A DNA stretch of 64,000 nt from Eukaryota sp. TZLM1-RC (Eukaryota; Protista; Metamonada: BaSk clade): contig JAUPSS010000008.1 in the NCBI GenBank assembly GCA_040285825.1, positions 558,001 through 622,000 on the forward strand, written 5' to 3'. Both the position numbers and the translations under genes were made by a program. Under the pieces are notes generated by a model. That model saw nothing but the letters and a program-made list of their open reading frames with translations. It ran no database searches and was not told where the DNA came from. Shown piece by piece: positions 45,001-54,787 of this stretch. The number at the start of each line of letters is the position of its first letter. Within the stretch, counting starts at the first letter, position 1.

Positions 45001-46216
45001 ATCTACTGTCGAGGAAGGTGACTTTGACATTGTCTCATGTGAAAAATTCAACTTTTTAGTTAAGCCCAAACTGCCAGCTTTTGTATTGAATCATTTCAAT
45101 TCACCTAGATCCAAAATTTTCAAACCCGTCAATAGCTGGTTTTCAGACATTTTTGTTCCCGCCAATCATCTCAATACTCCCGCATTGCATTTAGCTTTTC
45201 TTCCCCCAGAATTCAATCTCTATAATGGTATTGAGGATCTTTGTCATTTGACTTATCCTTTCAATGCAATGTTACCTAATCATGTTTTACTAGCCAACCT
45301 AGTTTGCTTTCTGAGTTCTACACCTCTTGCGCTCTCTAATGATTGTTCTGTGGCAATTAAAGTTTTGGAGCTAATGTATGTCGTTGGTTTGAAAAAAATG
45401 AATGAAGCAAATTTTGCTGATGTCAGGAAAAACAAGGCAGTCTTCCGTGGCCTTGGAGAAAAGGTTTCTATTAGTCAACTTCGTTCTATTATCACAGAGT
45501 ATATTTTGCATATGCTTACGTCTATCAATTCACATTCTTTGTTCTCTTCATTAGACACATCTGTTTTCTTCTGTCAACCATTAGAGGTGTTCAGTATTGA
45601 AGTTGGTTGCTTGACCACAGAGAAGACTTTTACTATTGATCAATCAAATCCACTCTCCAGTCTGGTTCTTCTTGATTCAAGAGACCCTCTTGTGCTTATT
45701 GTTCCTCTCTCTGGATCCTTTAGTGTGCCAGGAGTTTTTGGGTTGGTTGTAGTGAATTGTTCCAAGTCCATCGTTTGCATTAGTGCTCCCAGTGGTTTTG
45801 ATTCATCGAACTTATACAAAATTGTACTACTTCTGGATAGTATTGAACCTCAATTATTTATTAGGCAATGGAACATTCTCCGAGTACGAGATCACTCTTG
45901 TGAGTATCTAAGTTGGTCTTCTGTAGTCAAACGCGCTGAGCATAAGAAAAACTCCACAATTAGTGATGTCAATGATTCCTTAACATTGTCTCTGGATTTG
46001 GATCTCTCTCAATCTGGTGAAGAGATTACTTTTAATGGATTGTGGCTTGATCCCCTCGTTGACTTGTTACAAACTCCTATTGTTTTTGGAGAGATGAAGT
46101 CAGAACCTAAACTTGTTGGTAAAGAGTTTATAGAAACATGTGACCAGTTTGTGTTGCTAATTGAACACGGGCCTGGTAACGTGGAGTTGCATTTGCAAGG
46201 CTCTTGTTCTCAATAA
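39056..46216 (+). CDS. Giant GT2-family processive glycosyltransferase (2386 aa) with a long N-terminal extension
   Basis: TM helices, IADNGN, GNKT, TIDDD, QDVEY, GAISMW, GEDL, QRIKSW, further TM helices. Confidence 0.8.
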   Translation: MSEGGFSSSSDTNSHDHTPLSTKPHHSPEIRTIFRPSFAPNSHSRSQISRSNSPLKYQGSVLSSPNLLKEPHRYIKLHPRDSSPLSPLSELNSRPSSPCSPTSQSASPPALLSALSPPPNPSAHHPKSKLSKKSSIGTKSTASLATVSSLTSDRFDSVVRRVSNDPDLSRMHSIAKLPRAGRLCSSLADVDGAFDRTESNKEILSLLSNQSVDNGNWSLLVKIFDSQIVPRLRSINSKSNEHLLCNHLRLDSDKTNHSWVTFFDDAGLFSPVKHKKGHKQGQKSQESQEQSFLDLELTRLELKSQYDSAYSAGLSLSPSDLIGVTVSHVGEDHNSHEVAASQVNIGLLYFARVATIINVNQRFLSQFLNCGEVEFGLDLLYECFVLSRLLLTSLGNSDLDDVIIDSPPVGFTYSDPTLEKLFSSFSDFSTELQHQAAFYFKYLVSILKTISERTSNLSYLLLLNSQIENVLFNIETFSISELSVEFVELIQLKTEICCKLTSNNLSIGNSYEDSLILLKADLIRYSNFLNHINKDFVISGVTQSLNHLISFLLGQLDLERIHDFDPCKLYSDNSFQSISSEYFLDSNGEVDSVDMNEVVSGLNISNVIPTELIPWFCDLFDCLLPIKSPILAVCGMKLSAHFLINLDFPKTLYYLLNSLKCCTFVSPSIISINQLVNFLIWFFACFHSVHETLQFLSNLSNPIETNFTTRNQSNYITSRNQNSNQSFVSWFDSFLSQLDEGIKIGSFWSDMSAIDSFQTCFSSITHKISNLRTVHHRQQLINQIKRILKTFYSSTELCISYTDVYSSLEECLEDLADYDEIKCRKEEDLMFTWIELIKVVDYNMRYVTSLFSRIVSERRRLGFCNKKKKHNLIKQKNCFSLIQLLHESKLVLTDSLKISKVLAKSVLFGSKAAQEEITRSKFMPPLKILSQYSIKDQNLSVFDKLSSLLWSRLVKITVDLSDTLLQIFAFHHSWKRLCNSVTMLTFVYHQRPLFLSPFSSSVCLLWNEIQRYPTELVKDIGEGVCFDYKESYCKMSVVAHNDDVVVQNDDVFDSDPEDLVEFDDHSITEVRVSKSVAGVSSLPKVQLAVPNKEIEFIRRQCSCHHPFAIQSLLYLGTQYYKEGFFDHSKILLLECLEVCLNSPDIPINVLVTVWNDLFKIAKQTENPYELLSWLNEQESYYKHLKSESNEAVSKYLELLGEASLLVRQDKVSHTRYLYQLRYSEEVSSSVTTASVARILHLNREYAFLFLKENAHAEVSTVLENSLSLHSNYSNPADVGFLSDWHLYSKTKLVLAKNFEGEGRYVDGSVELEKALAKRPSVVPLHDNLSSRLFDEIFRLRSLDVDQQKEPAPPTETHVFAFVFGEYRAAISLVKARFPSFSEKFTSFSNPENLSEFKSLLKSVPHFSNICGSLAKLLAAGTRFSESITVYKFQLFCMSCLLPTDHHSFSAVWKKLLFAYSQQLRSTRDLIEFIDSERQNFGSFLPPSHCLITLLDSESKKLTERMARLEKWLAVGGFYTLYFVIGIFFFFFAPPINQILSFWNRNTSWTYFLLWSVEFVLLVLALYLVRWPQLPNDSADQRRISRIQRSKTINKCCLVITTHRSADIIAQTLKSALKIFPANKIYIADNGNSTNPLDNTREVVAQCDPSINYHWISTGNKTLATWWTVSYCVQEDFVMTIDDDVLLPQDLVIPLDEFEDGQTKCLAFTIRADNLCKANGKLNIIAHFQDVEYKLAGLFKLFQSKIQSSLCPHGAISMWERETFMKVLKRHNCTFHGEDLQCGLVLHELNKNYRIATVGRVCVPTTVPDHLLCRKLFKCKCASGYSLLVQRIKSWDITAHRFSIRLIGLLLFYWKRNTFVLKPFIIFELWTVIMDWIRVSLLIYIIMQNPFVFLLGMTVTHAIYTIFLVFFNYWVLRDRHDLRSPILVVLLFPFYRYLLLLFRAIALVHNLLYYTPFVRNRIAIKDRNDLPLPPKFEEEISLLSTVEEGDFDIVSCEKFNFLVKPKLPAFVLNHFNSPRSKIFKPVNSWFSDIFVPANHLNTPALHLAFLPPEFNLYNGIEDLCHLTYPFNAMLPNHVLLANLVCFLSSTPLALSNDCSVAIKVLELMYVVGLKKMNEANFADVRKNKAVFRGLGEKVSISQLRSIITEYILHMLTSINSHSLFSSLDTSVFFCQPLEVFSIEVGCLTTEKTFTIDQSNPLSSLVLLDSRDPLVLIVPLSGSFSVPGVFGLVVVNCSKSIVCISAPSGFDSSNLYKIVLLLDSIEPQLFIRQWNILRVRDHSCEYLSWSSVVKRAEHKKNSTISDVNDSLTLSLDLDLSQSGEEITFNGLWLDPLVDLLQTPIVFGEMKSEPKLVGKEFIETCDQFVLLIEHGPGNVELHLQGSCSQ

Positions 46217-46734
46217 ATCTTTGTCCTTTGTTTTTTTGAACTTACATCTTAGATATTCAGTGAACTCAACTATAAGTGAATAACCCTTATTTACTGGGTC
46301 ATTTACGAAACTGTTGGTTACCCCTAGAAAAGACTGTATCACTGTTTATTGTATATAATTACGAATGCAGCGAATGAGACTTACTGAGGAAAGGGCCTGA
46401 GAGACAAGCACTGTTGTGAAATCTGATGAAACAAGCATCACATAATAATAACAATTGTAGACCAACGGTATTGTAAAGGCTAGTGAGTGATTGAAGCGAA
46501 AGTTTAGAGTGGTGTTTAATCAATAATCATCTATAGAAACACGCATTGTTTGAGTTAGCAAAATTGAAACAAAATATTTATAAAACTATCCAACACTGAG
46601 GAATTGGATCCCTATTCGTTATAACTACTATTAATTTGATAATAAATTAGCTATAATTCTTTGCTATTATTGAGCCATAGAGAGATTTGAAGTAAAATTA
46701 ATAAATAATGGATAAATAAGTTTCACAAAATAGC

Positions 46735-47040
46735 ATTGTAGTGATGGGTGATAAAAGCAAACCAATTTTTAAGCGTAAAGCAGCTACAAAAAAGATTGGT
46801 TATCGAAAAATGTTTAAAAAACGTAACTTCCGACTATTGCTGCTGGGTAATTAAATAGAACAAGTTGTCGATGTCATGCATGTGTACACAAGGGGAAAGA
46901 AGGTGAGAAAGTAAAGAAATATCGCGTACCTAATGGAAGACCATACAGGAGAGCAGAGACATCAACGGCCCTGAGACATGAATTACTCACTTGCAAGAAG
47001 TGTGGATCAGTATATTAAAGGAAAGAAAGACCTCCTGTCA
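46735..47040 (+). pseudogene. Fanzor C-terminal relic (not in the ORF track)
   Basis: IVVMGDKSKPIFKRKAATKKIGYRKMFKKRNFRLLL / RTSCRCHAC..PNGRPYRR..LRHELLTCKKCG. Confidence 0.85.
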
Positions 47041-47177
47041 GTGTTGGAAATCTGATCGGGTAATATAACCATTTAAATATAGTGAAATCCGATCTAAAAA
47101 CAACATCCACCTAGCAGCCCAACAGTCAGCGACCCAAGTCGGCATAAATCAAAGGTTCTGATACAACTTCAAGTTTT

Positions 47178-47268
47178 GGAAAGATCAACTTGATTTGTTT
47201 CATCTTCATATTACACCAAGCTCAACAGGTTACTATTTGACATTTCTGTGCTGCTAGCCGATGTCAGT
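47178..47268 (+). ncRNA. Putative Fanzor right end / omegaRNA hairpin (family 2) overlapping the ATG of the RING-ARM gene
   Basis: Shared with 268-332; TTGACAT (47237-47243) can pair with ATGTCAG (47261-47267). Confidence 0.6.
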
Positions 47269-49987
47269 CTGTAGTTTATGTAAGGCCACCAGCTGCACAC
47301 TACGGTTTCCTTCTCCTTGTACCCATTCTTTTTGTTCTTCTCATACATCTTCCATACTTTTTGCTCTTGAATTAGATCTTATCAACTCTTGTCCTCTCTG
47401 TACTGCTGATCCATCTACCATCAATAATGCAATCTCTTCCATCACCCAAAAACTAGATTCTCTGCACTTATCTATTCAAGCGCTACGAAACGACCTATCT
47501 TCTAATGAACTTCTTGCACTTAAATACTCCTCCCTACTTGAAGTCCTTACAAATCTATCCACTTCCACTAAATCTCTCACGTCTCCTCTTGCTTCTACCC
47601 ACTCTTTCTCTCAGCTTTTAACCCTTCAACATCATGAGAATATTCTCTGCAATATGGACAAGCTTTCGGAGGAGGATTTTGTTGCGTTTGAACAGTTTCT
47701 TTTAACTTTAGTTTCAAAAGATCTTTTTTTCAAGTATTTGTTTGCCATGATTAAGATGTTTCCTGAGAAAAATTCTATTATTTCTTTGTTAATCCCTTTT
47801 AGCTCTTCTAATATTGATCACGTCATCAACTCTGATGATGACGTCATTTGTCAACTGTCAAGATCACTTTCCAGTTATATAATACCTCAAGTTTTAAGTA
47901 TTATTGATTCTTCTGCAGAAAACAAGCGAAACGAATGTCTAACTGATTCTACATTTTTTATATCTATTTTTATCACTTGTTTGAATTCTCAATCTTCAAA
48001 GCAAGCAAAGTCTAGATATAGGGCAATTCTATTTCCCTCACTTATTACAAAAGATTTCAGTCAAATGGTTTTTAAAATTCTAAGCCTAGAGCCTAGCCAA
48101 GAATTTTTACCTATTTTTAAAAATTGTTTCAATACCCTTTATCCCTGCACAGTTTATGAAAAGTTTGGTAAATTCTTTGCTAATTTTGATCTGATTAGCC
48201 GACTTTTAAGTCTCTTAGCTCAATTTTCAGATTCAAATTCTTTTGCTCTTAGCTTTACTCTCACTTTGGTTGAACCTTTAACAATTGCTCTTGGATATCT
48301 AACCAGAATTGACACTGTTAAAAGAATGTTGCCCTCGATTGAGCCCTCCAATGGATTCACATTGCTTGTTGAGACATTATCCAGGTTGGAAAAGGAAAGA
48401 ACGGGTGATCTGACTCCTAAAGTTACTTCTTGTATAGCCAAAATTGCTGGAATCTTGTGGAATGGTTCTTCTGATACTAAGAATAGAGAATTTATTGGTA
48501 AATTGGGTCTTGACATCATCACAACTCTTGTTTCAACTCTAACAAAATTTTCTACACATGATTTGAAAAGTCCAGAAAATGACGTGGTGATTGAGAATGT
48601 TGTAGGATTTCTTTGGAATATAGTTGTTCTTCCTGAAAACAAGCTTCTCATGCTTAAAAGCAATGTTATACCTTTATTAGTCCAGTTTTTTCAACACAAA
48701 AAGCTAAACATTCTCAAAAACTCAACTGGATGCCTGTGGGTTCTATCTTCTGACGGACAAGTACGAGATTATATTCAACGAGAATTATCAGGAGTTTTTC
48801 TTCAAAATTGTTTCAATATCTTCAGTTACATCTTCAATAATTCAAAGTCTCAGTTAGGTGACGTTACTGAACATGTTGCAGGCATTTTGAGAAACTGCGT
48901 TCTAAATGATGGTTTCAAAAGAGATTTGATTAAGTTTCCCAATGGTTTACTAACTTTGTTTAAGGTTTTGGATATGGGTTCTTCACCATCAATTTCCCCC
49001 AACTTGCTTGATAAGGTTCTATCAGTCTTGTGGATTATTTCAGGAATTTCCGAATCAAGCAGTGTTTTTGGTACCATTGATCAACAGTTGATTGAGGTTT
49101 TGATTTCATACACTCATCCCCAACAAGATCCCAATATTAATGAAAAAGTTTTGGGAATTCTTCGGAATATCACGTCATATTCTGATGTAAGACCTGTCTT
49201 CTCAAATACATCCCTAATCAAGATTTGCTTGCTCTTTCTATCGTCTTGTACCCATGCAGATGAAACGTCTCATGACGTGTTACAATCAGAAATGATTGCC
49301 TCTAACGACAGTTCTCCTTGTGACTTTGCATGTGTTATTCTTGCCAATTTAGCCAGAGATGCAAGCTTCAGAACCAAACTAATTGAATCAGATCTGATCA
49401 ATCACCTTATTTCTCATCTTACATCGACGGTGGTGAGCTGCAGTCTTGCTGAAAATGTACTCATTGCTATTCAGTCAATTTTGATTGCCGAAGATGAATC
49501 TTTCAATGTTGTCATTGATGAACCTTTACTCAATCTATTGTACTCTTGCTTGTTTTCAGTCCTCTCCTATCCTGATACCCCCAGATTTGTCACAGAGAAT
49601 GCTCTCGCTGCCATCTTATCCAGTCTGAAGTATAGCTCCAGGACACATAAGGGACTTCGAATAAGGAATCTTGAATTGTTTTTAAAATTGTTATTTGATT
49701 CAGAAGCAAATAACTTGGACCCTTTCACCACTTTCTTGCTTCAAAGCCAACATGAACATGTTGTCCGTGATGTCTGCCGTCTACTTAACATTCTCCTCAA
49801 CCTTGATGATGATATAACACGTCGAATATGTACTAGGGATGTGCTGTTTGAGTTGGTACAGTTGAGCGGTTGTGACTCGCAGGTTATAAGAAAAGCATCT
49901 GCTTCATGCTTGGCAGCTGTGGCAAGGGTACCTGAATTGAAGGAAAAACTAAAGGAAATTGCTCTAGATCAATCTTCGTGTAATTAA
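47261..49987 (+). CDS. RING-like finger + coiled coil + armadillo-repeat protein (possible E3 ligase)
   Basis: CSLC..CTHSFCSSH..CPLC; repeated AGILWN, VGFLWNI, TGCLWVLS, AGILRN, LGILRNI ARM signatures. Confidence 0.8.
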   Translation: MSVCSLCKATSCTLRFPSPCTHSFCSSHTSSILFALELDLINSCPLCTADPSTINNAISSITQKLDSLHLSIQALRNDLSSNELLALKYSSLLEVLTNLSTSTKSLTSPLASTHSFSQLLTLQHHENILCNMDKLSEEDFVAFEQFLLTLVSKDLFFKYLFAMIKMFPEKNSIISLLIPFSSSNIDHVINSDDDVICQLSRSLSSYIIPQVLSIIDSSAENKRNECLTDSTFFISIFITCLNSQSSKQAKSRYRAILFPSLITKDFSQMVFKILSLEPSQEFLPIFKNCFNTLYPCTVYEKFGKFFANFDLISRLLSLLAQFSDSNSFALSFTLTLVEPLTIALGYLTRIDTVKRMLPSIEPSNGFTLLVETLSRLEKERTGDLTPKVTSCIAKIAGILWNGSSDTKNREFIGKLGLDIITTLVSTLTKFSTHDLKSPENDVVIENVVGFLWNIVVLPENKLLMLKSNVIPLLVQFFQHKKLNILKNSTGCLWVLSSDGQVRDYIQRELSGVFLQNCFNIFSYIFNNSKSQLGDVTEHVAGILRNCVLNDGFKRDLIKFPNGLLTLFKVLDMGSSPSISPNLLDKVLSVLWIISGISESSSVFGTIDQQLIEVLISYTHPQQDPNINEKVLGILRNITSYSDVRPVFSNTSLIKICLLFLSSCTHADETSHDVLQSEMIASNDSSPCDFACVILANLARDASFRTKLIESDLINHLISHLTSTVVSCSLAENVLIAIQSILIAEDESFNVVIDEPLLNLLYSCLFSVLSYPDTPRFVTENALAAILSSLKYSSRTHKGLRIRNLELFLKLLFDSEANNLDPFTTFLLQSQHEHVVRDVCRLLNILLNLDDDITRRICTRDVLFELVQLSGCDSQVIRKASASCLAAVARVPELKEKLKEIALDQSSCN

Positions 49988-50079
49988 TTAATTATTTAAT
50001 TTATTTAGTCTTGATTAGTTGGTCCCAATTGTAGTAAAAAAAGAGAATAAAGTGTAACATTAGAATATTCTTCATCTTA

Positions 50080-50628
50080 TCAACAAAAGGTCCAGTGTTG
50101 TTGCATTTTTTCATTACGTTTTTGATTCAATTGTGAATTAAACTCTACGCATTTTTTAACAAGAACAGATTCGTCAACCTTAACAGAACCTTTAGATGCT
50201 GGAATCCTGTAACATTTGAACAAAACCTTGAGGTCTGGTCTTTCATTCAATCCTTCCTCAGCGAACAAATGAGCTATTTGTTCTCGCAAGGCAACTGATG
50301 AACCAGGTGGTGTTGACATTAATGATGCTGTGATGGTTAAGATGTTGTCATTAATGCTATGTTGGGCATTCCAAGCAATCAAAGTTCTAGGAACGGGGGA
50401 TTTGACAGTCTCTTCTTCGTCAACTAATATAGAGGGGGCTGTGGCACCTAGACGTTGGGAAACAAACAACTCAGCTTTGAGTGTGGGATCTTCATTTATG
50501 GAGAAATCTGTAGCATGACAGGCTGCAATAATAGACTTATTACGTCCTTGGATAGATTTTGAGAGATCAACCGTTAGAGTAAGAGTTGAATTGACAAGTT
50601 TTGCAGTTACGTTTGTATTGTCCGTCAT
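50080..50628 (-). CDS. Hypothetical protein with an internal repeat (LTLTVDL / LTITASL)
   Basis: Clean 182-aa ATG ORF. Confidence 0.65.
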   Translation of the reverse strand: MTDNTNVTAKLVNSTLTLTVDLSKSIQGRNKSIIAACHATDFSINEDPTLKAELFVSQRLGATAPSILVDEEETVKSPVPRTLIAWNAQHSINDNILTITASLMSTPPGSSVALREQIAHLFAEEGLNERPDLKVLFKCYRIPASKGSVKVDESVLVKKCVEFNSQLNQKRNEKMQQHWTFC

Positions 50629-51142
50629 TCAATTGAAGTGAACCAGCTGGAGAAGTGGCACGCCTGTGTTATTGTGTAATTGGTGGCAAACAATGAAATA
50701 CATACCAAAAAGCTTCACATCCCACTTTTAGGCCTTTTTTTGGCTTGGTCAAAATCGTCCCCAATAACGAAAATTTGACTATTGAACTTCCTCAATTAAT
50801 TCTCTTTTGAACAACAACTGTTATTTAAGCAAAATATTGTATTTCTTAATTGAGTCTCTCATTAGCAAAACTTCAGAAACTTGATTAGTTGAACAAGTTG
50901 TGAAATAAGGAAGTTGTGTAAACAAGTTGTGAATGTAGGTACACGTGTACCTTTGTTATACGGCGTAATAAACAGTAGTATTTTTTGTAAATCCAACAAG
51001 TAATTGCCATTATTTGTCAATTAATTCAACTAATTGCAATAATTGATTGGTGACGATTTATCTTTATGAATTAATTACCAATTCAATTTTGAAGACCACT
51101 GTCGATGGTTTTACTAAAATTTCTACAAAGAAGTCCAGAAAT

Positions 51143-52123
51143 ACGTCAAGCTCTTTGATAAGTCAATAAAAAGGAAGACGACACTTTGTGGAATGGAAGT
51201 ATACACTTTCTGAAATGTAAATAATTCTGATCTTTTGCTGAAAAATCTATACAGAATTGGTGATAGAATCATATTGAGCTACTCTGTTGAACCTGAAAAA
51301 GACAACACTTCTATCTACTATTATTGACCTTATTTGTGATTTGCACTTGTGTGATCAAAACCCACTTATTATTCAGAATTAACATATTTTTACAAAATAA
51401 TTCCACAAAATTTGTTCAATGCCCAGTGCCCAAAAGGAAAGAAGACAGCCTACTCGAGTGTCTACTCGTGTTAAGACGCAGCCAAAGTTGTGGGCTCCTG
51501 TAATTGGCCAACCAAAGCCAAGATCTCTCAGCATTGAAATTTATGAAGGACAAGGAACTCCTCTCGGAAATCTTGAGCAGGTTGTCGAAGCTCTCACCAG
51601 TTACGAAGGTACTCCTTTTATTGTAGATCTCCACGAAATTCTCTTCAACAGACGTGCAAAGGCATATCCTCATCTTGAGAATGTTCTCCAGTTTTCGGGC
51701 TTCCCTATGGAAGATGAAGAAACTGAAGAAGAAGCAATTGAAAGAATCGAGTTAGACCTTCACCGCTACAAGACCAACCTTCTTAAGCAGTGTGTGGCAG
51801 CTTTTGGTCTCAATGCGGAGAAACGCAAGGATGACATTGTTTCCATCCTTGCCCATTTTCTTTTTAAGCCATCCAATGATGCGATCGTCACAGAACCATC
51901 ACATGCAGCAAGACGTACCGGTCTCAAGCGTAATACCAAGGACAGGACCATCACTAACATAAAGAAATCAGTCAGAGATCAAGGTGCAAGTCCTGTTCAA
52001 CCAAGAAGAAAACGTCGCAATGTTAATAACTGATTTTTTTGTATATAATGTACTTTTATTATAAATTGTTTTACAATAATTAATTTTTCAAAATTGGAGG
52101 TTTGTATTGTTATTCAGATTATT
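51143..52123 (+). repeat. Direct duplication unit carrying DEK (second copy at 53518-54503)
   Basis: Near-identical ~980-bp segments. Confidence 0.92.
51419..52033 (+). CDS. DEK: DEK-like chromatin protein (pseudo-SAP/SAP region), copy 1
   Basis: GQGTPL, LHEILFNR, NVLQFSGFP, LKQC...GL, KDDIV..L..FL.KP. Confidence 0.8.
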   Translation: MPSAQKERRQPTRVSTRVKTQPKLWAPVIGQPKPRSLSIEIYEGQGTPLGNLEQVVEALTSYEGTPFIVDLHEILFNRRAKAYPHLENVLQFSGFPMEDEETEEEAIERIELDLHRYKTNLLKQCVAAFGLNAEKRKDDIVSILAHFLFKPSNDAIVTEPSHAARRTGLKRNTKDRTITNIKKSVRDQGASPVQPRRKRRNVNN

Positions 52124-52229
52124 TGTTGAGCGTCTTGGTAAGGTAAAGTTAACAAACATTCTTTTACGAAATTGATTTATGTTAATAAACATTTTACTAC
52201 ACCACATATCTGTTATTTTAAACAATATG

Positions 52230-52550
52230 TATTTATTTATTAAAAAACTTATAAATCAACATCTGATTAATCCATCTCTCCCAAAACAAAACAACTGATT
52301 GTGAGATCCAAGAGAAAGCAAAGCATCAGAAACCAACTTCAACATTCCCTTCAAAATAGAAAACACAATTCTATTTTGCCAAAACAATCTGTTGGAAATT
52401 CTGTTGGTTCTTCTGTTAACAATCATTTCAAAATCTTCCAAAAAGCGTATAGCCGTGGGAGCAAGTGAACCAAATAGAGAAAATACAAATTGATAAAAAT
52501 TGTATTTTGCATGCTGTTGGGTGGACAATTTGGACAAAGGTTCACCATCT
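52230..52550 (-). mobile_element. RLE non-LTR 3' fragment
   Basis: FVFSLFGSLAPTAIRFLEDF..FWQNRIVFSILK. Confidence 0.85.
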
Positions 52551-52640
52551 ATGAGAGAGCAGCTTTCAGTTAATTCTTTTTGTCTGATTTTGGATATGAA
52601 GATAAAGAGTTTTAGGTTTGTTGCTTAGTTTATTGAATTA

Positions 52641-52777
52641 TGTTCTTGTTGAACTTGAATTGAATTAGTAGGTTTTTTTGTATTTCGACTGATGACGTGA
52701 TACTCGTTTATGAATCTGTTTTATTAATAAACTTAGATTTCTCTCTCCTTCGTGTGTTCATCTGCTTAACGGCATCA
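52641..52777 (+). mobile_element. Solo LTR of the 28525-29352 family
   Basis: TG..CA ends, strong similarity to 28525-28663, ATTA target-site duplication on both sides. Confidence 0.9.
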
Positions 52778-53798
52778 ATTAGATGGAACTTTGTTGAAAA
52801 ATTCTTAGAAATTTCTTAAATTTGGTTTTCATTTTATTAAGACGATGCAAGTCTTAAGTTATTTGGGCACATGATCATTTGAACACACTGGTGATCACAC
52901 AACTTCTTATTACTACATGTCAATTATTAGTTGATGTCCCAAAACCCTTGAAACCATCGATACCTCTTTTATAAATGATTAGTGTGGACATTTTTACTAA
53001 AGTTCATTTTGTCATCTGAATGATGAAAACTGTTCAAATATTTATATTATTTGGATGGATTTGTTTTAGAATTTTTCATTAGTTTTTAAAAGAGGATGTT
53101 ATTGAAGTGATTCAATGTCGCAATTGCCCAATTTGATCTTGCTTGCGTCATATATTCAAGATTTTCAACTCAACTGAAAAGTTCAAAATTAGGAATGTTT
53201 GAACAATATGCATATTGTTTATCAATAGAAATTTCTTAAAATTGGGAATCCTAGATTGTGGTTCAATTCTATCACATAACAACGTTGATTCATAAGACAC
53301 AATAAACAGTTTGAAATGCCAGATGATAATTCTTTTCAGGAATTCAATCCATTTAAGTTACGATAGAATTCTAATAGAGTTCTGAGTAAATTTTCAATTT
53401 TTAAACCCTGTTTCATCATAAGTGCTACTTTACCTAAGGGTTTGTTGGGCCAGAGGTAAATGCTATTGTCAATTGATACACATCAATTTTGTTTTGAAGA
53501 TTAGGATTTCATATAACACGTCAAGCTCTTTGATAAGTCAATAAAAAGGAAGACGACACTTTGTGGAATGGAAGTATATACTTTCTGAAATGTAAATTAT
53601 TCTGATCTTTTGCTGAAAAATCTATACAGAATTGGTTATAGAATCATATTGAGCTACTCTGTTGAACCTGAAAAAGACAACACTTCTATCTACTATATTA
53701 ACCTTATTTGTGATTTGCCCTTGTTTGATCAAAACCCAGATCCACTTATTGTCCGGAATTAACATATTTTTACAAAATAATTCCACAAAATTTGTTCA

Positions 53799-54413
53799 AT
53801 GCCTAGTGCCCAAAAGGAAAGAAGACAGCCTACTCGAGTGTCTACTCGTGTTAAGACGCAGCCAAAGTTGTGGGCTCCTGTAATTGGCCAACCAAAGCCA
53901 AGATCTCTCAGCATTGAAATTTATGAAGGACAAGGAACTCCTCTCGGAAATCTTGAGCAGGTTGTCGAAGCTCTCACCAGTTACGAAGGTACTCCTTTTA
54001 TTGTAGATCTCCACGAAATTCTCTTCAACAGACGTGCAAAGGCATATCCTCATCTTGAGAATGTTCTCCAGTTTTCGGGCTTCCCTATGGAAGATGAAGA
54101 AACTGAAGAAGAAGCAATTGAAAGAATCGAGTTAGACCTTCACCGCTACAAGACCAACCTTCTTAAGCAGTGTGTGGCAGCTTTTGGTCTCAATGCGGAG
54201 AAACGCAAGGATGACATTGTTTCCATCCTTGCCCATTTTCTTTTTAAGCCATCCAATGATGCGATCGTCACAGAACCATCACATGCAGCAAGACGTACCG
54301 GTCTCAAGCGTAATACCAAGGACAGGACCATCACTAACATAAAGAAATCAGTCAGAGATCAAGGTGCAAGTCCTGTTCAACCAAGAAGAAAACGTCGCAA
54401 TGTTAATAACTGA
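53799..54413 (+). CDS. DEK: DEK-like chromatin protein, copy 2 (identical protein)
   Basis: Same 204-aa translation as 51419..52033. Confidence 0.8.
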   Translation: MPSAQKERRQPTRVSTRVKTQPKLWAPVIGQPKPRSLSIEIYEGQGTPLGNLEQVVEALTSYEGTPFIVDLHEILFNRRAKAYPHLENVLQFSGFPMEDEETEEEAIERIELDLHRYKTNLLKQCVAAFGLNAEKRKDDIVSILAHFLFKPSNDAIVTEPSHAARRTGLKRNTKDRTITNIKKSVRDQGASPVQPRRKRRNVNN

Positions 54414-54787
54414 TTTTTTTGTATATAATGTACTTTTATTATAAATTGTTTTTCAATAATTAGTTTTTCAAAATTGGAGGTTTGTATTGTTATTCAGATT
54501 ATTGGTTCATGGGGAATCAGATTTTCTTGAAAAAAGTGGACACTTGACTGCAAAGCTATTTTACATTATATCTTATTGTTTTGTTATCTTGAAATATATC
54601 CAATTAATCGATTGATTCAGACAATATTAGGAAGAATTCTACATTCCAAACAGCGTTGTGTCAACTGAAATTTGATCGATGTTCCTTACCAAAATCTAAC
54701 AATATAGCAAAATGCAAAAATCAAGCTCTAATGTTGTTTAACAATCTACTGAACACTTCTAGAAAATGCTCAATTTACACCAAAATG

